Positions 1-13,395 of a DNA stretch of 64,000 nucleotides are shown piece by piece. The first letter of the stretch is position 1. Every line of letters begins with the position of its first letter. This DNA comes from Schmidtea polychroa. Lineage: Eukaryota. The stretch is from NCBI GenBank assembly GCA_044892525.1, contig CM097885.1:806001-870000 (forward strand). The letters are read 5' to 3'. Under the pieces are notes generated by a model. The model was not told the DNA's origin, did not search any database, and saw only the letters and a program-made list of their open reading frames with translations. The position numbers were made by a program, and so were the translations under genes.

Positions 1-740
1 TTAAATTTATGTGAATAATAAAATATATATTGTGAATTGTTTGACTTAGTTAATTAAAATGTGTTTTATCATTTAATTATTCATTTGTCCAATTAATTTA
101 GATAATTAGTTTCAAGTAAGAAATATTATTTTTGTGTTTATTTTATTTATTTATTTATTTTTTCCGAAATATTAATATCCAGTTTATCTAAAATTAACTC
201 AGCGTTTTATTTTATAATAAATTAAATAATTTCTAATTAAAATATATTCAAATTGAATAATTACTAATTAAAATTTTATTCAAATTGAAATATTATCGTT
301 ATAATTTACCTCTTGTTAGAATATAATGTAAATGTAAAATTAAAAAAAAAAATAAAATAAAAAATAAAAAATAAAAAATAAAAAAAAAATAAAAAAATAA
401 TAATAATAAATAAAATAATAAAATAATAAAATAATACTAAAATAAAAGCATAATAAAATAATTAATTAAGAAAATTAAAAAGAAAAAAAAATAAATAGAA
501 GTAATTAAATAAAATTAAAAAATAAATAAATTAATTAAAAAAAAAAAATAATAATAATAATAATAATAATTAAATAGCGTAAGTAATTAAAATAAAATAT
601 TAATAAACTAATAAATTAATTAAATGTAATAAATTAAAATAAAACATAATAAAATAAGTTATTAATAAAATTAAAATGAAAAAAAAAAAAAAAAAAAAAA
701 TTAAAAAGAAGTAATTAAATAAAATGTTAATTAAAAAAAA

Positions 741-818
741 ATGATTCGATTGACCTATATTTGATCTGGACATTGGGATGACCTTGAAAGTGTCCTGGAG
801 TCCTTACTATTCACTACT
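741..818 (-). repeat. Polinton-type terminal module ending ACTACT (5'-AGTAGT); copies at ~4210-4290, 9573-9645, 11545-11622, 16190-16267, 25888-25965, 31219-31290 and 33185-33262
   Basis: Shared ~75-nt core ATGATTC.ATTGACCTATATTTGA.CTGGACA...GACCTTGAAAGTG..GGAGTCCT. Confidence 0.7.
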
Positions 819-821
819 GTA

Positions 822-2340
822 GATATCACTGATGTTTTAAGTCATTACCTTTCAATGTTACTCCTTTTGCTTTTTAATTTCATCTTCACCTAACAAACTA
901 TAATATTATGGCATAAGAAAACCACATTCTTTATATTTAAGACCTTTATTCATATCTTTGAATTTTCAAATGACAGAATCAAGGTTCTTACTGTATAAGG
1001 GATGATTTGGGTTATAATTTCAAGTGTCTGGAAGGTTATCCCTAATCATCATACATTATTTAATAGTAAATTGTTCCTATAGTAATCAAAACTATTCATA
1101 AAATTGTTGTTGCTAAATCTTATTCAAATTTTACTTATAGGTTTCCTACCCATTTTTTAATAATAAATGTAAGGTTAAATCCTCTACAGCACCTAACAGT
1201 ATTACAAAATTACAAACTAAAATTTAATAAAACTTTTTAATAAATTTAATAAATTAAAACTTTGATTAGCATGCATCCAATCAAAATTTAATAAATGAAA
1301 GTATTTAATTATCTAAATTTAAAAAATGTCTAATAAAAATAGCACTAATATAAATAGAAAATAGTACATCTGTTATTGGAATGTCATGTAAACCTCCTGT
1401 TCATTACCTTCAATATAATATGTAATATTCGAAATATCCTATTGCTTATTCTTTTAAGGTATTTATTTTTAATTATCTCTATTGATTTTTGGTTGGAACA
1501 AGTTAATTTAAAAGCCTAATCAAAAGTCTATCAATATTGCTATGTTCAACAATGTCCTTGAATAAATTTACTGTATAAGGAATGATTTGGGTCATAATTT
1601 GAAGTGTCTAGTAGGTTATCTCTAATCATCACAGGTGAAAGAATATCAAGAGAAAAAATTTTAATTTCCAAGATTAATTGATATCAATGTCCCCCAGCAA
1701 CGATATTAATTATATTACAATATATTTTTGTAACTCTTCATGATGCAGCTGATATATTCTAAGTATCGATAGATCAAGTGCAGATTGTCCAATGTAACTT
1801 GGTCTATTTAAACATATAGAATCAGGATTTAACAATGCTGCTATTAAATTATCATCGATTTTTATTGATTTTTAAATGTAGGTTTTGATGTACACGAGAC
1901 TATAAAACTTCTTCCGCTTAACCTACTTATTTAATTATTTCAGTGATAGTGAAATGAATTTCTGTTATTTTATTAATTAACAAGCTACTTCCTTGTGATT
2001 TTTTAATACTTGTGATTTATACTTGTTATTTGTGAAATTCTTTTTTAGATTTTTTCATTTTTTCATTTTATTCCCTAATTTCTTCATCGAAAAATGTATC
2101 AGTTAAAGGTTTTGCATTATTATACGTAACCTTATTCGTTAATGATATATTAATTTATCTATTAGTGATTCAGGAAATATTATTTCTTTAATATTTAAGT
2201 CACTAGTGTTAATACTTAATATTTGGTGGTAACTCTTAAATCACTTAGAACAATTGGTAAATTTTCTCCTATTTGTATATTATTTAATAGTAAATTGTTC
2301 CTATAATAATCAAAGTTATTCATCAAATTGTTGTTGCTCA
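822..2340 (-). pseudogene. Scrambled, older pPolB fragments
   Basis: About 822-1045 KKAKGVTLKG region; about 1565-1960 CLNRPSYIGQSALDLS region; about 2060-2340 resembles the N-terminal region. Confidence 0.7.
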
Positions 2341-2480
2341 ATATTAGTCAAATTTTTAAAATTTTATAAAAAATTACAATCTAAAATTTAATAAAAACTT
2401 TTAGTAAATTTATTAAATTAAAACTTTAATTAGCATGCATCCAATCAAAATGAAAATATTTAATTATCTAAATTTAAAAA

Positions 2481-2905
2481 ATGTCTAATATAAATAGAAA
2501 ATAGTATATCTGTTATTGGTATGACATGTTAACCTCCTGTTCATTACCTTCAATATAATATGTAATATTTGAAATATCCTATTACTTATTCTTTTAAGGT
2601 ATTTATATTTCATTATCTATATTATTGATTTTTGGTAGGAACAAGTTAATTTAAAAGTCTATCAATTCAGTATTCAAATTGATATTATTTGGGATGAAAA
2701 TAGAAAATATCTTGGAGAAATTCTTCGATTAATTAATAAAGACAAGTATTTTAACTAAAAACTTTCATTTATCAACTGCGAAAAAGATTGTAAAATTAAG
2801 ATAGTTGAAGGTAAAAAATCTAAAATTCAGATACTTATTCAAAGACTCAAGATAAATGGAGTTATAAATAAACCAATTTGGAAAATTAAAAATGTCTATG
2901 AATAA
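2481..2905 (+). pseudogene. Decayed homolog of the 53705-54127 gene (copy at ~24159-24583; partial copy at ~1326-1530)
   Basis: KSINSVFK and KIQILIQ(R/G)LKINGVINKPIWKIKNVYE*. Confidence 0.6.
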
Positions 2906-4817
2906 ATTTATGAATAAAATTTGAGTTTTTTATTGTTATTTAAAATATATTTTAAAGAAATCTATAATTTGGTTTATAAAATTATTAGTTGTCTGTAAAG
3001 TTAATATTTGACTATAAAATTAAGATTTTTAATTTGTCTATAAAAGTTTAATGTGGACAATATATAATTAAAATACTCTAAAATTATCATAATAATTAAT
3101 AAAATGGAATAAAAAAAATTTTGCATAGGATATGCTCTTATAAAAAATTTTATCAATTCAAAAATATATGTAGCATAAGATAAATCATTTAAAAAAATTT
3201 AAATAAATTATAATATATAAAAAAATCCAATTAAAATATTTATAATTCAAAAATATATAGCATAAAATAAATCATTTAAAAAAAATGAATTAAAATTCAA
3301 AAAAATATATACATTTGTTTTCATCTTTTTCTTTCTTGTTTTTCTTGTGTTCATTTTTTTCATGAAAATTTTCTGTCAAAGTTTCATGAATATTTTAAGC
3401 TATATTTATCTAAAAAAAATTTTAAATTTAATTCTTTAACAAAAAGATTATATATTTACCATCGTTATGAAAGAGCTTTATTTCGCCAAAAATCCAGAAC
3501 ATATGAAAAATTAATGAATAAACAACAATAAAATACAAGGTACATGATATAAATCTTTATTTATAGTAAACGACAACGTCTAACTAAATGATCATAAGCA
3601 GATAAGCACGGAATACAGTTAAAGTAGTCGAATTCGTGGATTCGATAATGGTTCGACTTCCCAGAAACTACTACTATTCGCATCGGCAAAGAGAGTGTCC
3701 AGAAACCCTTTCTCCCAGCGTGTTCCTGCCACTGGGATTACCCGATATTTGCTAGACTTTTCATAGAGTTGCATAGGTTTCACGAAAGTATAGCATGAAG
3801 TGTACCACAGAGATGAATAGGGTTGTATAGTTTTTATTTAAAAAATAGATTAAATGAATGAAATTGAAAGGAAATGAAAAGTTTAATTAAAAAGGAAATT
3901 AAACAAAAACTAAGGTTGGTGGATTTTAAATATGAAGCAAATCAAGTATGGAGAAAAGTATTATGTAGTGTCCACATAATAATAATCAAGTTTTTTTTAC
4001 ATTTATTAAATGGAAGAGTCGTTTGGATTTGCAGTAAAATATAATAACGTTGACCCAAACATATTGATAAAAACAGCCGAACTTAAAAACCTAAATGAAT
4101 TTCAACAAGTAAAAACTGCATCTCCTAATAGGAATATGTACAAGCACCCTTAAAAGACTTAAATTAGATCCTAATTGTTCTAGTTTTTATAGATATGACA
4201 TTCCATTAGAATAGTATATAGTGAGGACTCCAGTGCACTTTCAAGGTCATGGAATATCAAGATCAAATATAGACCAATCGAATCATTTATTTTTTAAATT
4301 AACATTTTATTTAATTACTTCTTTTTAAATTTTTTCTTTTTAATTTTATTAATTAATTATTTTATTATGTTTTATTTTAATTTATTACATTTAATTAAAT
4401 TATTAGTTTATTAATATTTTATTTTAATTACTTACGCTATTTAATTATTATTATTATTATTATTTTTAAATAATTTATTTATTTTTTAATTTAAATTTTA
4501 TTTAATTACTTCTATTTAATTTTTTTTCTTTTAAATTTTCTTAAATAATTATTTTATTATGTTTTTATTTTAGTATTATTTAATTAATTTATTTATTATT
4601 ATTATTATTATTTTTTTTTAATTATACATTTACATTATATTCTAACAAGAGGTAAATTATAACAATAATATTTCAATTTCTAATTAAAATTTTATTCAAA
4701 TTGAATAATTACTAATTAAAATTTTATTCAAATTAAAATATTATTGTTATAATTTAACTTTTGTTAGAATATAATGTAAATGTAAAATTTAAAAAAAATA
4801 ATAATTTTAAAAAATAA

Positions 4818-5400
4818 AAGGTCAAGGTCAAGGTCAATGTCAAGGTCAAGGTCAAGGTCATTTTTTTTAAATAAGTGATCCTGAGGGCCCATACTTTTTT
4901 TCATCCCAAAGATTTATGTTCCCGCCAACAGATTTTATTGATCGATAGCTCATCGTAAAGCCCAGTGCAAGACCTTTAAGTTGAATTAAAGATTCCTATC
5001 ATCCGATGACTCATCATATTTTTAGAACAAAGACAATGACTCATTAAGGTAATTCTATTTTTAGTAATAAAGACATCCATTTTTAGTAACATTTGAATCT
5101 ATTTTTAGTAACATTTTTGAACAAAGACAATGATTTAACCGAGGACTCATCGTTTTTAGAACAATGAATCAGCCGGTGACTAATCAGATTTTAAGAACGA
5201 TGACTCATTCGATGACTCATCAAAATTTTAGAACAAAGACAAAGGCTCACCCAATGACTCATCACATTTTTAGAACGATGACTCTTCATAGTTTTAGAAC
5301 GATGATTCATACGGTGACTCATCATATTTTAAGAACAAATATAATGACTCATCATTATTTTAGAACGGTTACTCATTCGATGACTCGTCAAGGTCATTCT
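4818..5400 (+). repeat. (AAGGTC)n run followed by a TGACTCA(T) minisatellite (copy ~26496-27078)
   Basis: About 7 AAGGTC units at 4818-4860, then more than 10 (A/G)TGACTCAT-like units separated by TTTTAGAAC spacers. Confidence 0.8.
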
Positions 5401-5555
5401 ATTTTAAGTAACAAAAACATCATTTTTAGAAACATTTCGATCCGATGTTTAATTATCGATAATAATTTAATTTATCATTATTATTTGGAAAGATATTAAC
5501 CCCCGCGTGGAAGATGTTATTTTCAAAATTATTATTATTATTTTCAAAGTTCTAT

Positions 5556-5596
<41 letters not shown>

Positions 5597-6071
5597 TGCA
5601 ATTATTCATAAAACTTAATTTCTACATCAATTTCATGATTTTCAACATTTTCATCATTTGCATGAATATTTTAATAATTTTCAATATTTTTCAATATTTA
5701 TTTACTATTATTATTATTTTAAATTATTATTTTTACAGTTATTTTGAAAGTTTTTCATCTTATTATTATTAATATTTTCAAAGTTATTTTCAAAGAATTA
5801 TTATTATTATTTGCAAAGTTCTAATTATTATTTTTTTTAGAAGTTTCATTATTATTATTTACTTACATATTCATAAAACTTAATTTCTACGTCAATTTCA
5901 TGATTCTCAACTATTTCATCATTTGCATTTTTTAATAATTATCAATATTTTCATAATTTTCTACATTTTCAATATTTTCACGATTTTCATGATTTTCAAC
6001 ATTTTCATGATTATTTCAGGAACTTTTTCATCAAATATTGTTCAAAGTATTATTTTCAAAGTTTTAATCAA

Positions 6072-6138
<67 letters not shown>

Positions 6139-6185
6139 GAAAAACCTAAAATATTTTTTACACATACATACACAAATCATTAAAC

Positions 6186-6269
<84 letters not shown>

Positions 6270-6506
6270 GCAAATATTAGTCAAAAACATAAAATATTTT
6301 TACACACACACAACCCATTAACAGTTATTATTATCAATATTAGTGAAAACCTAAAATAATTTTTACACACTAAGTTATGGGGTAAAGAATTATTATATGT
6401 TTGCAGTATTCTGTGTTTTCCTTTACAAGAAATTTTTGATAAGGAGCGAATAATTCAATTTTACACATACATTCTATATACACATACATTGTTTAACATG
6501 GGTGTA

Positions 6507-6597
6507 TATACTCCTAGTCTATCCGACAAGATATTCTGTCCCCCTATGGGTATTGCTAGCAAGGGTACTACTCACATTCAACATGTCGCAAGGGTAT
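6507..6597 (+). repeat. 91-bp structured interspersed repeat (copies 8355-8445, 28149-28239, 30001-30091), possibly a Helentron/DINE-like end
   Basis: TATACTCC...CAAGGGTAT ends, with internal palindromes TTGCTAGCAA and CCC-TAT-GGG. Confidence 0.5.
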
Positions 6598-8530
6598 ATT
6601 AATTAAGGTTAGTAAATAAAACTTATAACACATACTATTTTTAATAATATTTAAACGATAAAAATCAAGACAAGAGAGGACAAGGCAAAGTTTATGCATT
6701 TAGTATTGCCAGGCCTAATGAGCAGTGACCAAATATCTGTGCCTGAAAGACACGGTGGATATTTGTTCGCGTCCACAAAGGTCGTGGAGTCAGAAGAACC
6801 TGGGCATTATAGTTTTCTGTACGGAACATTACGCCTAGCATGGGTAGTCAACTACCAGCACATTCGAAACGTATAATTTCAAAATACATGCGTCATTGGC
6901 ACTATAACCAAATTAATTAATGTTTTCACTAACACAAATATATATTTACAGAGGCCTCCCACTAGTTGGATTACAACCGCCCATCACGACGAACAGCTTC
7001 TAAATATATATTAATTAAGGGATAAAGAGGACCCACCCAACCCTATTATATTTAATTTACAAATTTTTCTCGCTCTTCTGCTGGTAATCTATCTCAAAAT
7101 TATTATCTCCATCGGGGCATTTGATATTGATTTCATGGAATACATCTCGCAAATTGGACGTATTTCATAGTTTCTGATGCTGCGTCAACTTTCATTGCTA
7201 ACATTTGTATTGCTTTAAAAGCAATTAATTTACATTATCTAACATTTTATCGTCACAGGCTTGATAAATTAGGCAACTGTTATTTGTGGTATACTTTATC
7301 AATATAATTTCTTATCAATTCCCACCATAAAACACAGATACCTAAATATAATATATATATATTTATGAATTAATTCATGTCTTACATTAATAATAATATT
7401 CTTCAGGAATGACGAGTACTTTACTTAATTGCTAAAACGTCGATTTTTTCCCATTTTTCTTGACATTTGTTGAAAGAAAGTTTACATAATTTAAGTCTGA
7501 TAAGTAAACATTCATGTTGAAGGACACCCACAATCAGCTAATTTATGTAAAAAATCCAGAACATAACTCCTTTAGTGTTTCACTATTTTTTCTGGTTCAT
7601 CTTCTTCATAATCATATAAATCATTTTCTTCATTACTAAGTAAAATAATTAAAATATTGTAGTAAATTCTTTATTTACTTACTTTATGGATACTAAAACG
7701 AAAGAAATAAAGTTATATCAAAAGTATATTTAAATAATTTAAATTTAAATAATTTAAATTTAGTCATTTAAATATATTTAAACAATTTAGTTATTTAGGC
7801 ATATTTAAACATTAATATTATTATATAGTATAATTTTATATAATTTTATATAATATTATAATTTTATATATTCTAAATTTAATAAATAAAATTAATTAAT
7901 TATAATTAATTAATAATTTAATAATAAAAAATTTATAATGAAGATTCTTTGAATTAAAAAATATTCTGTTAGTATTTCTAGGCAGAAAAAACGAATTCAA
8001 TAATTAAAATCTTAATTTTCAAGTTATATATTTAGGGTTGTGGCCAGAAGTTAATCGCCATCTAATCATTTGTTTTCAATTTCGCTTATTTTTGTTCAAA
8101 ACATTCAGGTGAGTTGTTATCTGAAAAGTTTCTTTGAGCTCAGTTTTGTTAAAACACTCACGGTATTTTTGAGGGACGTGACACTGGAAATAAATTAACA
8201 ATGAGTGGTCATCCATATATGTTGTTGGTCTGAGCAATCGATTTATTTTAGAAATAGGTATATTAAAAACATTTAAGGTATCATTCAGTAAAATAATATA
8301 GTATTTTTTAGTTAATTTATAAATAACAGTATTTTGATATATTAATAAAGACCATATACTCCGAGTTTATCCGACAAAATATTCTGTCCCCCTATGGGTA
8401 TTGCTAGCAAGGGTACTGGTCACATTCAACATGTCGCAAGAGTATGTTAATCAGTTAGAAATTCTTAGGTAATTTAGTGAGATGATCACAAATTCGTGAA
8501 TATTTTAAATGTAACTTTACACTTATGTCA

Positions 8531-9084
8531 AGCGACTAATTTATTGGTTAACTTTGTAGTCATTTAAAGCAAAACTTAATTTATTCATCTAATGTTCGTT
8601 ACAATAGTTATTAATATGAGAAAAATATGGTCATTATTCATTGATAATTTTAAATTCTTTATCATTTGTAGTAAATTTGATTGAGGCAAAAATAATTAAA
8701 GGAGTCATAATAGAAATATGGTTAGAAATAGAAATAATTTTAGACCTTAATTTACTTAATTGAAATTTTAGACCTTAATTTACTTAAGTTTAAAAATATA
8801 TACCATAATTTACTGTAATTGAAAAATTTGGACCATAATTTACTGTAATTTAATTTTTTAGAACCATAATTTACTGTAATTGAAAAATTCGAGCGACTAA
8901 TTTATTGGTTAACTTTGCAGTCATTTAAAGCAAAACTTAATTTATTCATCTAATGTTCGTTACAATAGTTAATAATATGAGAAAAATATGGTCATTATTC
9001 ATTGATAATTTTAAATTCTTTATCATTTGGAGTAAATTTGTTTGAGGCAAAAATAATTAAAGGAGTCATAATAGAAATATGGTT
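8531..9084 (+). repeat. ~190-bp direct duplication separated by a fold-back-arm fragment (copy ~30177-30730)
   Basis: AGCGACTAATTTATTGG...AGAAATATGGTTA occurs at 8531 and 8892. Confidence 0.75.
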
Positions 9085-9821
9085 ATCATTTAACCAATTA
9101 AGGGGCTTATTAGTTAGAAATATATATATTATAAAGTAACAATTATTTTCTAATTTAATTAGATGATCATTAGACGTAATATATCTTTGCGAGAAATTTA
9201 AAATGTTTGAGTAACCAAAACATGGATATTTTGTGCGATAAATTTTTGAATATTGGTTAATTTTGTTATTTTTAGTCATTTAAAATAATATTTAGCAAAG
9301 GTAATTTAGCAAAATATCGTTGTAAGATTTATCCACCCGATAACAATATTCCTTCAATAGATTAACTGATATTCAACCTATTTAATTTCTGGAAATATAA
9401 TTAAAATCATAAATTTTCTTCAATAAAGTTAAATCAAAAACGCAAGAGACGCTCAAGTAAATCAAGAATTAAAAAATAAACACATTGCAGAAACAGAATT
9501 TATATAAAGTCAAACCCTGACTCCTCAAACAGATTCAAGTCTAAATAAAATTCAATCAAAAGCAATAACACTAGTAAGTAGGACTCCAACCCACTTTCAA
9601 GGTCATGAAATATGTCCAGATCAAATATAGGTCAATTGAATCATTTATTTTTAAATTAACATTTTATTTATTTACTTCTTTTTAATTTTTTCTTTTTAAT
9701 TATATTAATTAATTATTTTATTTTGTTTTATTTTAATTACTTACTTTAGTTAATTTTTAATTTATTACATTAATTAATTTCTTAGTTTATTAATATTTTA
9801 TTTTAATTACTTACGCCATTT

Positions 9822-9968
<147 letters not shown>

Positions 9969-10574
9969 TTATTTTATTTATTTTTTTATTTTTTCTTAAA
10001 TTTTACATTTACATTATATTCTAAAAAGAGAGTTAATTATAACAATAATATTTCAATTTGTATAAAATTTTAATTAGTAATTATTCAATTTGAATAAAAT
10101 ATTTATTAGAAATTATTTAATTTATTATAAAATAAAACGCTGTGTTAATTTTAAATAAACTGGATATTAATTTTTTGGAAAAAATAAAAAAATAAAATAG
10201 TCTAAAAGGTTAAATTATGGTCTAAAATTTAAAATTTAAAAATTGAAAATTGAAAATTAAAAACTAAACTAATCAAACTAAATCAAACGCTATAACCTTA
10301 ATTCAAGAATTCACTAAAGTAGATCAGAAGATATTAATTATCAAAATGTAACAAAGACTCTGAAATTCATCAATTTCATCTAATGACCTGGTGATATTCA
10401 ATACCATTCTCAAGAATGCTAAAGTCGGGAATTCTTTGAATTTAACAATTTCATCTAACTATCCGGCGATATTCGATCCGATTCTATAAAGTATTTATCT
10501 TTGTAGTTGAATAAAAGTTTATTGTTGATTATAGTTTATCATTAATTATTTTTTTGTTAGGGGTGTTAAAGAAA

Positions 10575-11000
10575 ATACTTGACTGATTCATTTTTCTCAG
10601 ATAAAATTTGTTCTGTAATCGAGAAATTCAAGGATGAGAATAAAGGAAATCAATATAAAGAATGGGTGTTTCTTCGACCCAAGTGCTACTCACTCCAAGG
10701 CGATAAAACACTCTAAAAGCCAAAGGAATAAGACTTACAAACTCTAATCTTACACATGAAGCCTATAAAAAAGTGTATACTGATGGTGGAACAGTGAGCA
10801 TCCCACAAAAAAGAATAGGAAGTGTCAATCATCAGTTGTATACTTTCATGACAGAAAAACGAGCTCTCCAATGTTTGGACGATAAAAGGTATTGGTACAA
10901 TTGTAATGAAAGCTATGCCTACGGTCACTATAAGATTCGTCAAATGCATATTGCAACTGCTATGTCTAGAAATGAATGCAAATCGAAACAAGGACTTTAA
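10575..11000 (+). pseudogene. pPolB C-terminal fragment (copies at ~15220-15645 and ~32215-32640)
   Basis: KFKDENKGNQYKEWVFLRPKCYSL ... CLDDKRYW...SYAYGHY. Confidence 0.85.
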
Positions 11001-11622
11001 CAATTAAATTTATGTGAATAATAAAATATATATTGTGAATTATTTAACTTCGTTAATTAAAATATGTTTTATCATTTAATAATTCATTTGTCCAATTAAT
11101 TTAGATAATTAGTTTTAAGTAAGAATTATTATTTATCATGAAAAACTTTGCTTTGTTTTGAAAAATTAATGCCCATTTTATTTTAAATTAACACAGCTTT
11201 ATTTTATGATAATTACTAATTAAAATTTTATTCAAATTGAAATATTATTGTTACAATTTACACTCTTGTTAGAATATATTAAATGTAAATGTAAAATAAT
11301 AACAATAAAAAAAAATAATAATAATAATAAATAAATAAAAATTAAATTAAAAAAAAAATTAATTAAATAACGTAAGTAATTAAAATAAAATATTAATAAA
11401 TAATTAATTAATAAAATGTAATAAATTGAAAATTAACTAAAGTAATTAATTAAAACAAAAAACATAATAAAATAATTAAATAATAAATTTAAAAAAAAAA
11501 TTAAATAGAAGTAATTAAATAAATTTAAAAAAAAATAAATAGAAATGATTCTATTGACCTATATTTGACCTGGACATTGGGATGACCTTGAAAGTGTCCT
11601 GGAGTCCTCACTATATAGTACT

Positions 11623-13395
11623 AATTATAATCATAATTTTCTTTAATTTAACCCTTTATTTACTTAATTTAGCCCTTGTTTACCGAATATAGAAGTTTAA
11701 AATATAGACCATTGATTACTTTAATTTAAAAATGTATCCCTTAATTTACATAATTTCCATCTAAAATTATTTCAAAAAAATTTTTTTTCTAAAATTGTCA
11801 TTGAAAAATATTTCATAAAAGTTTTCATTTAAAATTTTCATTGAAAAATATTTCATAAAAATTTTTTTTAAAAATTATCTTAAAAATTATTTCATAAAAA
11901 TTTTCATTAAAAAATTTCAATTCTCAAACACCTTCTATTATTTTGTTAATAAATTTAAAATCTTACTTTAATTTGGTTATTACATTACTTATTTAAAAAT
12001 TATTACTTTAATTTACTTATTTAAAATATTTGACCATTGATTACTTAATTTAAAAATTTGGACCTTAATTAACTTTAATTTAATTTTTTAGAACCTTAAT
12101 TTACTTTAATTTTAAATTTTGACCCTTAATTAACTTTAATTCAAAATTTGGACCTTAATTTACTTTAATTGAAAATTTTAGACCTTAATTGAAAATTTTA
12201 GACCATAATTTACATGTAAAATTGTCATTGAAAAAAATTTCATTTCTCAGGCGCCGTTTAGTAGGTGGTTAGGTGCCCGCTTCAAATGCATGCCTTTTTT
12301 TTTGCTGCAACATTTGATTGCGCAATTGTTGCAACTTGTTTTTTTTTCTATTGAAAATTCTAGAAAAAAAAATAATCGTAGCTTACTGTACAGCAAAAAA
12401 AATGAGTTGCAACAATTGCGTAATCAAAATTTGCAGCAAAAAAAAAGTTGCCGCAGACCCCCTTTCCCCCCCCCCCCTAAAATTTTCAATTAGGGTCTAA
12501 AATTTTCAATTAAGTAATTAAGGTCCAAATTTTTTAATTACAGTAAATTATGGTTCTAAAAAATTAAATTATAGTAAATTATGGTCCAAATTTTACAATT
12601 ACAGTAAATTATGGTATATATTTTTAAACTTCAGTAAATGAAGGTCTAAAATTTCAATTAAGTAAATGAAGGTCTAAAATTTCAATTAAGTAAATTAAGG
12701 TCTAAATTTTCAATTAAGTAAATTATGGTCTAAAATTTAAAAGTAAAGTAAATTATGGTATATATTTTTAAACTTAAGTAAATTAAAGTCTAAAATTTCA
12801 ATTAAGTAAAGTAAGGTCTACAATTTTCAATTAAGGTCTTAAATTTTCAATTAAAGTAAATTAAGGTCCAAATTTTGAATTAAAGTTAATTAAGGGTCAA
12901 AATTTAAAATTAAAGTAAATTAAGGTTCTATAAAATTAAATTAAAGTTAATTAAGGTCCAAATTTTTAAATTAAGTAATCAATGGTCAAATATTTTAAAT
13001 AAGTAAATTAAAGTAATAATTTTTAAATAAGTAATGTAATAAGCAAATTAAAGTAAGATTTTAAATTTATTAACAAAATAATAGAAGGTGTTTGAGAATT
13101 GAAATTTTTGAATGAAAATTTTTATGAAATAATTTTTTAAGTAATTTTAGATGGAAATTTTTATAAAATAATTTTTAAGATAATTTTTAATGAAAATTTT
13201 TATGAAATATTTTTCAATGACAATTTTAGAAAAAAAATTTTTTTGAAATAATTTTAGATGGAAAATATTTAAATTAAGGGATACATTTTTAAATTAAAGT
13301 AATCAATGATCTATATTTTAAACTTCTATATTCGGTAAACAAGGACTATATTAAGTAAATAAAGGGTTAAATTAAAGAAAATTATGATTATAATT
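11623..13395. repeat. Fold-back structure with long inverted arms (shorter versions at 16268-17533 and 33263-34528)
   Basis: Starts AATTATAATCATAATTTTCTTTAATTTAACCC and ends with its reverse complement. The arms are built of AATTTACTTTAATT...GACC subrepeats. Confidence 0.85.

Noticed and set aside
3560..3830. GC-richer island that might be a gene or ncRNA (copy ~25240-25510)
   Set aside because: No ORF, motif or RNA structure that I could recognise.
5164..5499. MTH-repeat ORF (copy 26842-27177)
   Set aside because: Translation of the ATGACTCAT minisatellite, with no other coding evidence.
12000..13000. Regularly spaced ~30-bp repeats as a CRISPR array
   Set aside because: Degenerate tandem subrepeats without unique spacers, in a eukaryotic context with no cas genes.
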